Part shown: piece after piece, positions 1 through 12,349 of the stretch
Numbering within the stretch: position 1 is the first letter of the stretch
Layout of the letters: each line of letters begins with the position of its first letter
Assembly: GCA_951406725.2 (NCBI GenBank)
Contig: OX597832.1
Span: 5,766,001 to 5,830,000, forward strand
DNA: 64,000 nt
Direction: 5' to 3'
Source: Octopus vulgaris
Lineage: Eukaryota
Made by a program: the position numbers and the translations under genes
The notes under the pieces: generated by a model
The model's database searches: none
Seen by the model: only the letters and a program-made list of their open reading frames with translations
Told to the model about the DNA's origin: nothing

Positions 1-63
1 CAGCTTTTCATATTATCAGGGTTTGATGTTGAGAGTCTCATTATAAATATATTGAACAATGTA

Positions 64-628
64 TTGGGTTGTCCAGAAAGTTCATGCCGATTTTTAAAGG
101 AAAGAAAAAGGTCAATAAATACCTGCCATTACATTTTTAATCAACTAAATATGAATCATTTTGTTGCACAATGCGTCTCCATATTTCCTTTAACTTGAAA
201 ATACCTTCTTCCCAGAATTGAGGTGGTTTCATGGCAAAGAATTCATCAAGGTAACTTTTTACGTCATCCAAGGAATTGAAATTTTTACCATTAAGACTAT
301 TCTGCAGAGACCTGAATAAGTGGAAATCCGAAGGAGCAATATCTGGTGAATATGGAGGGTGGGGTAACACATCCCAGCTGAGCTCCAGCAATTTTTTCTG
401 GTTCCCAAAGCATCAAGTGCTGAAAATGAACTTTCGTATCTTCCATTTTAAAGGGTTACAGAATTAACACAGGTTATAGGAACATAAACCCTCTTCCACG
501 AAAAGATAGCTTAAACTCTGCTTTAAATGGAGGTGTAGTAAAATCTTATTTTATGGACTCAACCATGTTCTAAAATAAGTCGAAAGGTAAGCTACTATAA
601 ATCGGCATGAACTTTCCAGACAACCCAA
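64..628 (-). mobile_element. Internally deleted mariner (Mos1-like) DNA transposon
   Basis: 30-bp TIRs TTGGGTTGTCCAGAAAGTTCATGCCGATTT (64-93) and its inverse (599-628; 2 mismatches consistent with CpG decay), TA at both ends. ORF 137-391 carries the mariner C-terminal motif HPPYSPDIAPSDFHLF. Confidence 0.93.
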
Positions 629-630
629 TA

Positions 631-1550
631 CAATTATTAGTTTGTTAATCACTCAGAACAAACTTCCTTATAGACAATATCTTGAGTTTTACCATTAGGG
701 GCAAATGCGAAAAGGTTTTTCTTACTCCCTACTCTAGAAGCACCGACATATAGCTGTCCATGTGAAAAACAATCCTCTTCTAAAGGCAAACCACCAACTT
801 GTAGTGTCTGACCTTGTGACTTATTGATAGACATTACAAAAGACAAACTTATGGGAAACTGAAGTTGTTTGAACTCAAAGGGCATGTTGGGAGGTATTAA
901 AGGAATATCTTTTGTGCTAGCATGTAGGTGAAATATGTAAGTCAAACATGGATAAAAAACAGCTTTTTTATAAAATTATATATTATTTTGACACAGAACT
1001 ACTCGCTGTCGATTGTTATATTGGTATACACTCAGCTGATAAGACAGGTGTTCAGACTGATGGTGATATGGTAAACTAAGTATGTTTTGCTTATTAAAAT
1101 ATTCCTTTTCTAATGCGAAGTCTATAATGAGATATGCATCGTTGAAGTTTTGTAGTGCACTTATTCCAAGAATACATACTTAAATTTTATGTATCTTTAA
1201 TGGAAAGGGGATGTATTTGCGCTTTCAAAGGGGCTCTGTCCTGTGTTATAAACCACATTAGGGGGGTTAAATAATATTATGAGATGGAGAAATTTTGGAA
1301 ATCGTCTTTATCTAGTACCTAGTAGTTATGTTATTTTCATTAAAATTGGTGGTATTTGAAATTTCACAGGGGCTGTTTTCCCCCCTTTAAGCTCCCTAAT
1401 CACAATGGAAAGTAAGTTTTATGTAGCTTATTATCTTTCTTGTAAAATTGTACATGAGAACACATACTTTGTTTTTATGTGTCTTCTATTCCTTTTCGTC
1501 CTATAGATGTACAGACACACAGGCACACAAACGTTGAGCTTTATTGTAGA
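631..1550 (-). mobile_element. Helitron remnant with PIF1-type helicase C-terminal fragment
   Basis: ORF 649-945 IPLIPPNMPFEFKQLQFPISLSFVMSINKSQGQTL...FSHGQLYVGASRV matches RepHel helicase motifs V/VI. The minus strand at 1550 begins TCTACAATAAAGCTCAACGTTTGTGTGCCTGTGTGTCTG, like a Helitron 5' end. The 3' end was not located. Confidence 0.8.
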
Positions 1551-1747
1551 AATATATATACATATATATATGTATACATATATATATATATATGCATATA
1601 TATATATATACATGTATATATATATATATACATATAAATATATATATATATATGCATATATACATATGTATATATATACATACATAAATATATATACATA
1701 TATGCATATATACATATGTATATATATACATACATAAATATATATGC

Positions 1748-1778
<31 letters not shown>

Positions 1779-1817
1779 TATATACATATATATACTTATA
1801 TGTATGCACACACACAA

Positions 1818-1852
<35 letters not shown>

Positions 1853-1960
1853 CACACATATATATATCTATATATACACATATACATATATACATATATG
1901 TACATACACACACACACTTATATATAAATACATACATACATACATATACATCTATATTTG
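1551..1960. repeat. Compound (TA)n/(TACA)n/(CA)n microsatellite
   Basis: Seen directly; source of the spurious YI/VC-rich ORFs. Confidence 0.95.
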
Positions 1961-2400
1961 TGTTTCATGCTGTTCATTTTAAGACCTACTGCTAATCTCT
2001 GAGTGTTCAGCTTTCTCAGCATGGTCTACAGCTTGTCTGTGGTTTCAGCAATGAGTGAAATTTTATCTACAAATTAGAGGTGTGTTAGTTGCTTGCCATT
2101 GATGTTCATACCATTTATCCAGTCAATGCCCTTGATGACTATTTCTAGATATGTGGTAAAGAGCTTCTCAGTTGGGGCCCTTGCTCAAATACCATGTGTG
2201 CCAGACAATACCATGTGATGGTTGGGGGAACAAACATAGCCACAAATACACACAGATTAATATATATATATTATATTGAGGGTACTACTATTCGTAGATA
2301 CCAACACGCTAAGAGGGACCAATGCGGTCAAAACTACTAAAAATAAACAAAATTTTACCGAATGCAAAACTTCAAAACACATCATTTTAAAAAGAATTCA

Positions 2401-2464
2401 GTTACATATCACATGTGATTTCGCATTTAATGCAGAATATGCATTTCATGTTCATCAGTGCAAC
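2401..2464 (-). ncRNA. Type I hammerhead ribozyme motif (PLE-associated)
   Basis: Reverse complement of the copy at 3111-3174. Confidence 0.7.
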
Positions 2465-3110
2465 AAACTCAAGAAATATAAGAGAAAACATAACATTACA
2501 CGCTCGATAGCCAACCATAGAATTCGTCGTAGCATGTACGAATGTTTATCTTTACATATCTATGAAAATGGCAGGCTTATTCGCAATGCATTTTGGTAAC
2601 AAATTGTCTAGTTGGAATAAAAATTCAGTATTGAATTATTCCTGCATTAAATGCGAAATCACATGTGATATGTAACTGAATTCTTTTTTAAAATGATGTG
2701 TTTTGAAGTTTTGCATTCGGTAAAATTTTGTTTATTTTTAGTAGTTTTGACCGCATTGGTCCCTCTTAGCATGTTGGTATCTACGAATAGTAGTACCCTC
2801 AATATAATATAAATGAATATTTTCAAAGAGGAAGAATTTACGGATTTTTTCTCTTACGAGGTTTTTTCACGCTGACTACTGATAATTTCTTTTAAAGATT
2901 TTATCCTCAATTGTTAATTTATATTTTTCACCGGAATAGTTCAATACTGAATTTTTATTCCAACTAGACAATTTGTTACCGAAATGCATTGCGAATAAGC
3001 CCGCCATTTTCATAGATATGTAAAGATAAACATTCGTACATGCTACGACGAATCCTATGGTTGGCTATCGAGCTTGTAATGTTATGTTTTCTCTTATATT
3101 TCTTGAGTTT

Positions 3111-3174
3111 GTTGCACTGATGAACATGAAATGCATATTCTGCATTAAATGCGAAATCACATGTGATATGTAAC
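3111..3174 (+). ncRNA. Type I hammerhead ribozyme motif (PLE-associated)
   Basis: GTTGCA-CTGATGA-stem II (ACAT..AATGCA TATTC TGCATT..ATGC)-GAAA-TCACATGTGA-TA-TGTAAC. 6-bp stem I, palindromic stem III, A-C mismatch at the base of stem II. Confidence 0.72.
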
Positions 3175-3456
3175 TGAATTCTTTTTTAAAATGATGTGTT
3201 TTGAAGTTTTGCATTCGGTAAAATTTTGTTTATTTTTAGTAGTTTTGACCGCATTGGTCCCTCTTAGCATGTTGGTATCTACGAATAGTAGTACCCTCAA
3301 TATAATATAAATGAATGTTTTCAAAGAGGAAGAATTTACGGATTTTTTCTCTTACGAGGTTTTTTCACGCTGACTACTGATAATTTCTTTTAAAGATTTT
3401 ATCCTCAATTGTTAATTTAATTGATTAATATATATATATATTCGCAGATAAAAAAG

Positions 3457-3492
<36 letters not shown>

Positions 3493-3519
3493 AATATAAA
3501 TACAAAAATGGGACAAGAA

Positions 3520-4540
3520 TGTAAAGTGGATTTGTATTTAACAACTTATTGTTATGTGAAGAGATGATTTGTGAAAGGTTTTTGGTATTTGAAAACCCTA
3601 TTCTGATTTGGTGTGAATGGATAATGGAATAGTATCTTGAATTTTGGGGGAAATTCTTATCTATAGCTTCATGAGACTGGTAAGGGAGGTTGGATTTGAT
3701 CTGCTTACCATATGGAATTATCAACCAAAGTTTTGCTAGAGCATACCTTGTTATTAGGGTAATTATCTTTAAAAGATCTAAATGTGCTTTTAAAACGTAA
3801 AAAGGGTCGTAAAGAACAGTTATCTCCCGTATGCTGCAAAATTAAATTTCTTGATTTAGTGTTGTTATTCGAACTAAAATTTATATTGTTATTACTGTTC
3901 TGACTTGATTTCATGTCCTGATTAATAGAGGTAGAATTAATGTCAATAGGGTTAATATAGGTAATTTTTCCTTTATAACCTGCTTTAAGTAAGGCAGAGT
4001 TATAAAATTTGGCTTTATTCTTGAAGATATCAACATTGGCTGATAATCTAGAAAGTCTAAATGAAATATTCCTAACTAAATTCCTTGTAAAAGCCTTAGA
4101 ATGATTACTGAAAGAGCTAATATATTTTAAATTAGTTGAGAGTTCATGGTAACATCATCATCATCATCATCATTTAACGTCCGCTTTCCATGCTAGCATG
4201 GGTTGGACGGTTCAACTGGGGTCTGGGGAGCCCGAAGGCTGCACCAGGCCAGTCAGATCTGGCAGTGTTTCTACAGTTGGATGCCCTTCCTAACGCCAAC
4301 CACTCCGAGAGTGTAGTGGGTGATTTTATGTGCCACCGACACAGGTGCCAGACGAGGCTGGCGAACGGCCATGCTCGGATGGTGTTGGAAATATGAATTA
4401 TTATGTAAGTTAAGGGTAATATCCAAAAAGTTGGCTTTAGTTATATCATTGTCGAAAACAATGCTTAAGCCCATGTGTTGGAAAAATTTAACCAACCTAT
4501 TTTTAACTCTTTGTAATTCTTGGTTAGAAGCATTTTGAAG
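3520..4540 (-). mobile_element. Penelope-like retroelement RT thumb/linker remnant, interrupted by a SINE
   Basis: GLSIVFDNDITKANFLDITLNLHNNSY...NISFRLSRLSANVDIF...YNSALLKAGY...AIDKNFP...IGFSNTKNLSQIISSHNNKLL match PLE RT C-terminal motifs; frameshifted. Confidence 0.8.
4152..4390 (-). mobile_element. SINE/RTE-LINE 3' end with (GAT)n tail inserted into the PLE RT
   Basis: Minus strand ends ...CATGCTAGCATGGAAAGCGGACGTTAAATGATGATG; same tail family as 30480-30790, 18700-18928 and 42720-43000. Confidence 0.75.
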
Positions 4541-4680
4541 GTATGACCAGCTTCTTTCAGTTTCCTTCTACCAAATCCACTCACAAGGTTTTGGTTGACC
4601 CAAAGCTATAGTAGAAAACACATGCCCAATGAGGTTGGGAAGTAAGATTCTTACAACACAGCCATGCCTGTGCCTATATA

Positions 4681-5069
4681 TCTTTTACTTGTTTCAGTCA
4701 TTTGACTGCGACCATGCTGGAGCACCACCTTTAATCGAGCAACTCGACCCCGGGACTTATTCTTTTGTAAGCCCAGTACTTATTCTATCGGTCTCTTTTG
4801 CCGAACCGCTAAGTAATGGGGACATAAACACACCAGCATCGGTTGTCAAGCAATGCTAGGGGGACAGACACACAAACACACACACATACATATATATATA
4901 TATACGACAGGCTTCTTTCAGTTTACGTCTGCCAAATCCACTCACAAGGCATTGGTTGGCCCAGGGCTATAGCTGAAGACACTTGCTCAAGATGCCACAC
5001 AGTGGGACTGAACCCGGAACCATGTGGTTGGTTAGCAAGCTACTTACCACACAGCCACTCCTGCGCCTA
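4681..5069 (-). mobile_element. tRNA-derived SINE, family A (internal microsatellite)
   Basis: Head GGCGCAGGAGTGGCTGTGTGG...GGTTCAGTCCC (A/B boxes), internal (TG/TA)n, tail GACTGAAACAAGTAAAAGA; more than 10 copies in the window. Confidence 0.9.
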
Positions 5070-5658
5070 TACGTACATAAATATTATATATGTGTGTATG
5101 TGTGTTTGTGCATGTGTGTGTTTGTATGTCTTTCTTCTTCTGTTTGTCCTCTACCATTTGACAACCACTGTTGGTTTGTTTACATCCTTGTAACTTAATG
5201 TTTCAGCAAAAGAGACTAGTAGAATAAGTAGAAGACTCAAAAACTTAAGTATTGGGGTCAATTTGTTCAACTCAACCTTTTAGGGCAATGCTGAAATGAC
5301 ATGGCTGCAATGACTGAAACAAGTAAAGAAAGATAAAGAAAGACTTCTTTTCCCACCCATTCCCATTTTATTTCATTCAACCACACTGATTCTTTCCTTG
5401 TTTGTCATACTGGGCATTGTGATAAACACACTTCAAAAACATGCCACTCACTTTCATTTCATTCACTTCCTCTGCATTTGTTATTTGACAGTTTCCCCAT
5501 TTCTACACTAATGTGTTTTTGTTTACATAAAAGCAAAGAAATACTCATTGCAAGAGACAAGAGTGTACACAAATACATACGTACATACATACATACATAC
5601 ATACATACATACATTCATACATATATATATATATATATATGTGTGTGTCTGTAAATAT

Positions 5659-5748
5659 AATATGTCACAATTATTCGGTAGCCATGACAAAACTCCAAGT
5701 TTCGGATGTCGGAGTCTTATCATGGCTACCAAATAATTGTCACATATT
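5659..5748. repeat. ~90-bp imperfect palindrome
   Basis: AATATGTCACAATTATTCGGTAGCCATGACAAAACTCC...GGAGTCTTATCATGGCTACCAAATAATTGTCACATATT. Confidence 0.85.
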
Positions 5749-5865
5749 ATAGTTACAGATAAATTCCTCTATTTACATAATATCGAGGTCTCTTTCATTT
5801 TTTTGTTGTCTTACCATTTCTATCGATACATACATACATACATATATACATACATACATATATAT

Positions 5866-5922
<57 letters not shown>

Positions 5923-6187
5923 GATATACGTATGTATACATGTGTGTGTGTGTGTGCGTGTGTGTGCGTGTGTGTGCGTGTGTGTGTGTGAGTTAACTGT
6001 TGGTATAAAAATAATTTTATAATCATTTGAGAGAACATGAAATAAGTATTTTGGGGAATAGCAGTTCATGAGGTGCATACATAAAGCTATCTATAGATAG
6101 TAGCATGTACATATTGGGTTGAAAAATCCCATATTTATATGTTAATGTTTATAACTTTATGTGTGTGCTTCAAGAGACACATACACA

Positions 6188-6960
6188 CATCATCATCATC
6201 ATTTAATATCCATGTTCCATGCTTGCATGAGTTAGATGGTTTGACAGGATCCAGTGGTCCCAAGGACTATATCATGCTCCGTGCTTGTTCAGTAAGTGCC
6301 TTACTATACATATATTGTGTATTTTAACCTGTATCACTCTCTTCCATTATTTTAGTAACTGTTCTGCCTTGCTTGTACAGGGGGGCAAGTCTTCCTCAGC
6401 ACTTCACATTAATCATCATAGTTCTTTGTTATCTCCTTCATGAGGTTCATTGTCTCAAGATGCAACTTCACCACGTAGTTCCATGTCTTCCTACATCTTT
6501 TCATTCATCAGGTTCCATCCAATCTAAGTGCTTAGCGCTTCTTTATACAAGCGACTCCCGCCATGTGCATAACATTGTATTTTGTACACTATATCTAATT
6601 CCACTTGTATTCAACTTTGCTCTCAGCTCATTCATGTTCCATCCTTCAACAACACTAATACAATACATTAAGTGGAGAATGCTAGCTCCATTTCTATTGA
6701 GCTATAGTCAGGACCCACATCTTTTTTGCATTTAAGACTTACCATTAAGCAGCATCATGCTTTGTATGCAAACAGCATAAAGCTACCTTTTCTACCAGAA
6801 GAGGAACCATTTGTTGCCAGCAGACATTAAAAAATTCCTTAACTTTTTCCACCATGTTCTTTTTCTGGTGTCTATACTTTCAGTATAAACACTTCAGTTA
6901 CCGTTAGGTCATCTATGTAACAAAAATTATAGTTAATTCTAGTGAACCTTCTGAACATTT
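6188..6960 (-). mobile_element. Degraded RTE-type LINE 3' portion
   Basis: (GAT)n-type tail at 6188-6205 and decayed RT C-terminal sequence resembling 42040-42660. Confidence 0.5.
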
Positions 6961-7279
6961 GTGGAATATATTTTGCATGCTAACTACTAATGTGCATCCA
7001 ACACTCATAAAATATTTCTTCTTTGTCAGCCTGCCTATTACCCTATCCACTGCTTTATTCATGTGCCTGTAACTTAGTGGTTCAGCAAAAGAGGGCTTAA
7101 GAAATAAATACTGGGGTAGATTTGTTTGACTAAACCCTTCAAGGTGGTGCTGTAGCATGGCTGCAGTCCAATGACTGAAATAAGTAAAAAAAAAAAAAGA
7201 TAAAAGAAAGATAAGCAAGTCTGGAATGACTATGTATGTAATTATGTATGTATATAAGTATGTATGTATTTATGTGTGT

Positions 7280-7610
7280 GTGTGTGTGAGTATCTTCCAA
7301 AGGCACATGACTTAATGTTTGGTGCATTTAGCTCATGATTGTAAGGTCGAATGCTTGATTCCTGACAGCACATTGTGCCCTTGAGCAAGACACTTTATTC
7401 ACATTGCTGCAGTCCACTCAACCGACAAAAATGAGTGGTACCTGAAATTCAAAGGGTCAGCCTAGTCACATTCTGTATCATGTTGAATCTCCCTGAGAAC
7501 TACATTGAGTGAATGCATGTTTGTGGAGTGCTCAGCCACTTGCACGTTAATTTCATGAGCAGGTTGTTCCATGAGCAGGTTTCCAAAGGAAACCTTAGTG
7601 TTGTAATCAA
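7280..7610 (+). mobile_element. Diverged tRNA-derived SINE, family C
   Basis: Shares the CCTTGAGCAAGACACT and GAATCTCCCTGAGAACTAC...CACGTTAATTTCATGAGCAGG blocks with the young copy at 46438-46820. Confidence 0.7.
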
Positions 7611-7634
7611 CAGAGTGCCACTGTGTTCTGGATA

Positions 7635-7790
7635 TGATTTTAAATTGCATCCAGTTGTTGGGCTCTGATTCAGGAGCTCCAAGATTTTGAGGAGTGTAAA
7701 ATCACCTTTTAGCCATTGTTTCTCCTTGGTCTTCTTTGATCCAGTGTTAGTGGCACCTGTCAGAGACCTGGCTATGGGTTAACTAGCATA
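7635..7790 (+). repeat. Unclassified interspersed repeat (also at ~61315-61465)
   Basis: Both loci share TTTAAA.TG.ATCC.G...GGAGT....AATCACCT.TTAGCCA.TGTT..CTC..GGT...TGGGTTAA.TA. Confidence 0.55.
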
Positions 7791-8437
7791 TGTGGTGACA
7801 TCCCATCTGAATGCAGTGACACAGAAATGCCCGTGGATAGTGCCAAGGCATGCTATAAAACCATTGGGTGTGAGTGACTCCTAGCTGTGTGAGGAACCCC
7901 TGGCAACCTTCTAGGATAGGTACACTCTGGTGTAAAACTTGCAATTTCATGTGATTACTGGTCGTCTTGCTTCAGCCTGTCACTAGGTACTCATCATAGA
8001 GACTTGGAGAGTGGTACTCACATTGTACAAGCATTTGTCACTATAGTTCATTGTCAAATAAATGTCTCTTTATGGTGACCTCATTTGTCATTCCATGCAC
8101 TGAAAATCCTTTAGCGATGTGTGCAGACTTGACCAGCTGGAAGTGCACAATAACTTTAGAACTTTCATTTGTTACCTATAATTCAAACCATGCAGATCTA
8201 TCACAATATTGTAATATACAGCATAAGTTGGTCAGCTGATTGAATTGTTAGCACACCAGACAAATACGTAGCAGTGTCTCATGTCTTTACATTCTGAGTT
8301 CAAATTATGCCAAGGTTGAACAAGGGGCTGATGTAATCGATTTACCCTCCCTTGAAATTGCTGGCATTGAGCTAAAATAAAGGATCAACATTTTAATATA
8401 GAAAAATAGACAATCATAAAAATATGTGCACACACCC

Positions 8438-8551
<114 letters not shown>

Positions 8552-8580
8552 TATGCACCCATTTTATATATTAACTTTTA

Positions 8581-9040
8581 TCAAGTGACTTCAAAGTTTT
8601 GACTTGCTTAACTTCATCAGACTAAAATTTACTTTGGTCTTTTCTGGCTTTTTATCGTCTTTGACAGATAATTTTTGATAAGTGGAGTAATGTGAATAAT
8701 AATTAGGTGTAGTGTATGTAGACAGGAAAATTAGTTGTGTAGGAAGTGGAGGAATAGATAAGTAATATAAGAGAAAAGTACATGTTTGCTCGGTATGGAT
8801 ATGGTAAAGAGATTTCTTTTGGTTTGTTGCAGTAATTTTGTTATTGTTTAGAGTTCAGTCAGGCAAAGAAATAAAGGTGTAAGCAGAAGTGTTTATGACG
8901 TACTTTTTATACAGGGTTGGTTTTTGTGGTATTTTATGGTTCACGAAAGAATGTTTGTAGATAATACGGTTTGTTGCAGAGCACAGGTCAGAATGTGATT
9001 GAATTTGGTGTTGATGTTATTTGCAGCAACCTTCCTTTTT
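8581..9040 (-). mobile_element. Highly decayed PLE 3' end with eroded hammerhead motif (8581-8626)
   Basis: Minus strand TTTAGT CTGATGA AGTTAAGCAAGTC (G>A)AAA CTTTGAAG TC ACTTGA; upstream CLTE...NKPKEISLPYPYR resembles the PLE GIY-YIG C-terminus. Confidence 0.5.
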
Positions 9041-10030
9041 AATGCTTTCCTATAGGACATCACTGCTACCTGGTTTCTAACCCTTCATCTCAGTTTTGTG
9101 CTTTTGCTTTTCAATGAAGGACTTATGTCTGAAACATCAAAACACTCTTTAGAACTAATACTGTATTTGTTAAGTTAAATCTTGTCCTCATTGTGTAGCT
9201 GTTTTATATTGTTTATTGCATTCACATTACACACACACACACATTTACAAATAGTCAAAAGTAGTGCCCAATTCCTGTTTTAGGGTTGATACGTATGACT
9301 TCCCTATTGGGAGATACTTTTGACTCCTAATTCTTGTTTTACAGCTATCAGTTTGTTGCTTGTTTGCTATTTATATTACAGTGTGCAAGAAAGTAGAAAT
9401 AAATAAATTAATTAATAAAGTAAATAAAAAATGTGTTTTCAAATTAATTCATTTATTCAGGCTTTTTACCTGCAATGTTCAAAGTGTCCTCTCTCATGAT
9501 TAATGCACAACTGCAATTGTGCTAGTACAGGGTTACACACATACTTGCAGAGTTCACTATCAAATTCCTCATACTCTACAGTAATTTTAACTTTCTATTC
9601 CTGGGGAGTGTGCCAGCCACTCAATTGGACATGGCAACCAATGCACTTTCAAGGAAGGTTTTCTTGGAGCCACTGATGAACATGCCATGCATAATAAGGT
9701 GGGGCTTCATCTTGCTGGAGATAACAGTCTTGATTTTGTACCTTGAGCCAAAAGAAGGTTTGCAACATATCCAGATACTACTTGTCTCCAGTATCAGCTC
9801 CCTCAAAGAAGAAGGGACCAATTATTCCTAATGGAGATATGACTGCTCAAAATATTACACCTAGTAAGTTCAGTTCCTTATCAACTGTTACTCTTGGATT
9901 CTCCTCAGCCCAGTAGACACAACTATACCTGCTAATAGTGCCATTGAACTTAAACCATGTCTCATCTAATCACCTAATGCTGACCAGCATTAATATATCT
10001 CCATCAGGTCTGTAATGACTGTATGGAGTG

Positions 10031-11097
10031 TTGGTGACGAGAATGGCTCCTTGTACATCACATGGTCAATACAATAATTATAAAAAAGAATAAATGCATA
10101 TATGAGCCAGAGGGAAAAGAGAGATGCAACGAGGTAGAAGGTTTAAGAGAAGCTTTATTGATATGTTAACATGTGTGACTGTGTGTGTGTTTAAAGTACA
10201 GAGCATTGAAAGAGTCTATAATGAGAAGTTAGAAGAATGTGCATAGACACAAGAATGAGAAATACCAGTTCATAGTCAATTGTACACAATAGTTGAAACG
10301 CTGTATCAAGAAGTTGTGGTAATGATGCAGAGTCAGTTAAGGTATGTCACACATGAAGCTGTGGCTGCAATGCAGAGCCAGTTGAGGTACATGTTGTATG
10401 TGAAGTTGTGGCTGTGATGCAGAGCTGGTTGAGGTACATTGTACATGAAGTTGTGGTTGCAATGCAGAGCTGGTTGAGGTACATCATATGTGAAGTTGTG
10501 GCTATGATGCAGAGCCGGTTGAGATACATGTCATATATGAAGTTGTGGCTGTGATGCTGCTGCCTGGGTCATTTGGTACAGGAATTCTCGCAGGTTGTAT
10601 ATTCATTGTTAATCATAGTTAAGTAATTCACGAACAGTGTTATGTTAGAACCTGTGCAGTGTTGCTTGTTGCTGTGTACGTAGAGAGATGATGTTGACGT
10701 TAGGATGAATGGTGGTGACAGAAATGGAGTTCGTCGAATGCTACTTGACGAAGTTGATGAGTCTCCATGTAACTGCTGTTGTGTTGTCGCTGGAACTGGC
10801 TGTGTCCTGTGTGGTCAGGGGCTAGTCCCTAAAAAGTCTGGAACCAAAGACTCCGAGATGCAGAGAAGCTGAAGTTTTATAGGGAGCAGTCAGCTCAAAC
10901 CAGGGTACAAAACAGGCTGTCACGTGTGATCTTATTTGAAGGCTGTGATTGGTTGGGTTGCATATTAGCAGGCAATAGAGCAAGAGACAAATTGCGCCAA
11001 TACCAACCAATCAGAGTAGTGGACACAACAGGGTCTAAAAGTGCAGCCAAAGGCTAGATGATATCTACTACGTTTGAGAGGAGAGGAATTTCCCTCA
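10031..11097 (-). mobile_element. Probable solo LTR inserted in the Tc1-like transposase
   Basis: About 1.07 kb that interrupts the transposase after ...LVEDT; short terminal inverted match (TGACGAGAAT/ATTTCCCTCA); minus-strand TATAAAA (~10876-10882) and AATAAA (~10154). No clear TSD. Confidence 0.55.
10310..10558. repeat. Minisatellite, about 5.5 x 45-47 bp
   Basis: Unit AAGTTGTGGCTGTGATGCAGAGCTGGTTGAGGTACAT(N)ATGTG. Confidence 0.9.
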
Positions 11098-11993
11098 AGT
11101 GTCCTCTACAAGTCTAACCAGGAACTCTTCACAAAATTGAAGAAGGTGATTGTCATCTCCATCATGAAGGGCATGCAGGATATGCATAACACTTGACTGA
11201 CACACTCCTATCTCTGAAAATAAATGGAGAGTTGAGTTTTGTGGAGTTCCTTGCAGTCTCTTGATGACTTCTTCAGGTTTGGCTTCATTCATAGCCGTTT
11301 TTGGACAACCACACTTTTCTACAGTGGCTTCAGACCCTGTTGTTTCAAACTTCTTGACAGTTGAATGTATGTTTCTTCCTTGGGGAAGGTTAATATCAAA
11401 TTCTTCAGTCGAATGGCATGCCACCAGCAATTGGTTTTCATAGCATTTGAAGTAATGTTTCCTGGATGCTATGCTTTGATTTATTGAAAGCGAATTCATG
11501 GGTCAGCTTCATATAAATTTAGTAACTTTCAAAACTGTCAATAAACCTGCAAAACAACAAAGAAGACTGTGTTGAATGATTTAATTATCATGCATACCTG
11601 TATTTCCAAGTCAGCCTATATATATATATCAACAGGGTGGCCAAGTGCATCTGTCCTTCTTTCCCACAACTGATTAATAGATAATGCCGGATTGGCCATC
11701 CAACTCCATTCCTCTGCTTTATCAACTATCTTCCTGTTAACATATTCTTTACTTCATTACACTTCGTTGCTCTTCATTTTAACCTTCTAGTTTGCTAGTG
11801 TACCCATTAAAGTTTTCCTACTTAAAATACAATTCTTCTCTTTACAAAACATCAGGTTAGGATATCAAAGAGTATTAACTACATGATACATAATCCAGAT
11901 TTAGTAACTTTCAAAACTGTCAGTAATCATCTGCAAAACAGCAAAGAAAGGCATGACTTCCCAGAAACTGGGCACTACTTTTCACTCACCCTG

Positions 11994-12025
<32 letters not shown>

Positions 12026-12349
12026 TGTATGTATGTATGTATGTATGCATGAATGAATGAATGAATGAATGAAGCATGTATGTTATTATTCAGTTTTATT
12101 TGTAGATTTTTTTTTTTGCCAGTGGAGAAAGAGGCAGTTTCTAATTTACATCCAAGACTCCTTCATTAGAATTTTAAACAACATTAACAAGGTATTTGTG
12201 CATGTTTGTATGAAATATTTGGAGTCAGTACATTAGCAGATTTCTGTTTTTTTTTTATGCATGTATTCTCATGCATATAGTTGCATGCCTAGACATGCAC
12301 GTGTATACTTAAATGATAAACTTCTGACAAGTTTTACATATTCTGACAA

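Larger units (their letters stand above)
2270..3420. repeat. Inverted plus tandem duplicated PLE pseudo-LTR segments
   Basis: 2270-2642 is the reverse complement of ~2933-3305; ~2642-2920 is a direct copy of ~3140-3418. The copies are near-identical, contain hammerhead motifs and adjoin a PLE RT remnant. Confidence 0.8.
9248..11993 (-). mobile_element. Decayed Tc1/mariner-superfamily transposon with nested insertion
   Basis: TIR core AAAAGTAGTGCCCA at ~9257-9270, inverse at ~11969-11982, ending CACCCTG-TA. N-terminal HTH ORF 11095-11499 (VKKFETTGS...G.PKT); catalytic fragments GPFFFEG...YLDMLQ...QQDEAPPYYA; C-terminal CINHERGHFEH. Confidence 0.82.

Noticed and set aside
1431-1995. Multiple ORFs rich in Y/I/V/C/H/T (and similar ORFs throughout the window)
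   Set aside because: Translations of dinucleotide and tetranucleotide microsatellites.
10310-10558. Regularly spaced repeats resembling a CRISPR array
   Set aside because: Units are contiguous with no unique spacers; eukaryotic context, no cas genes.
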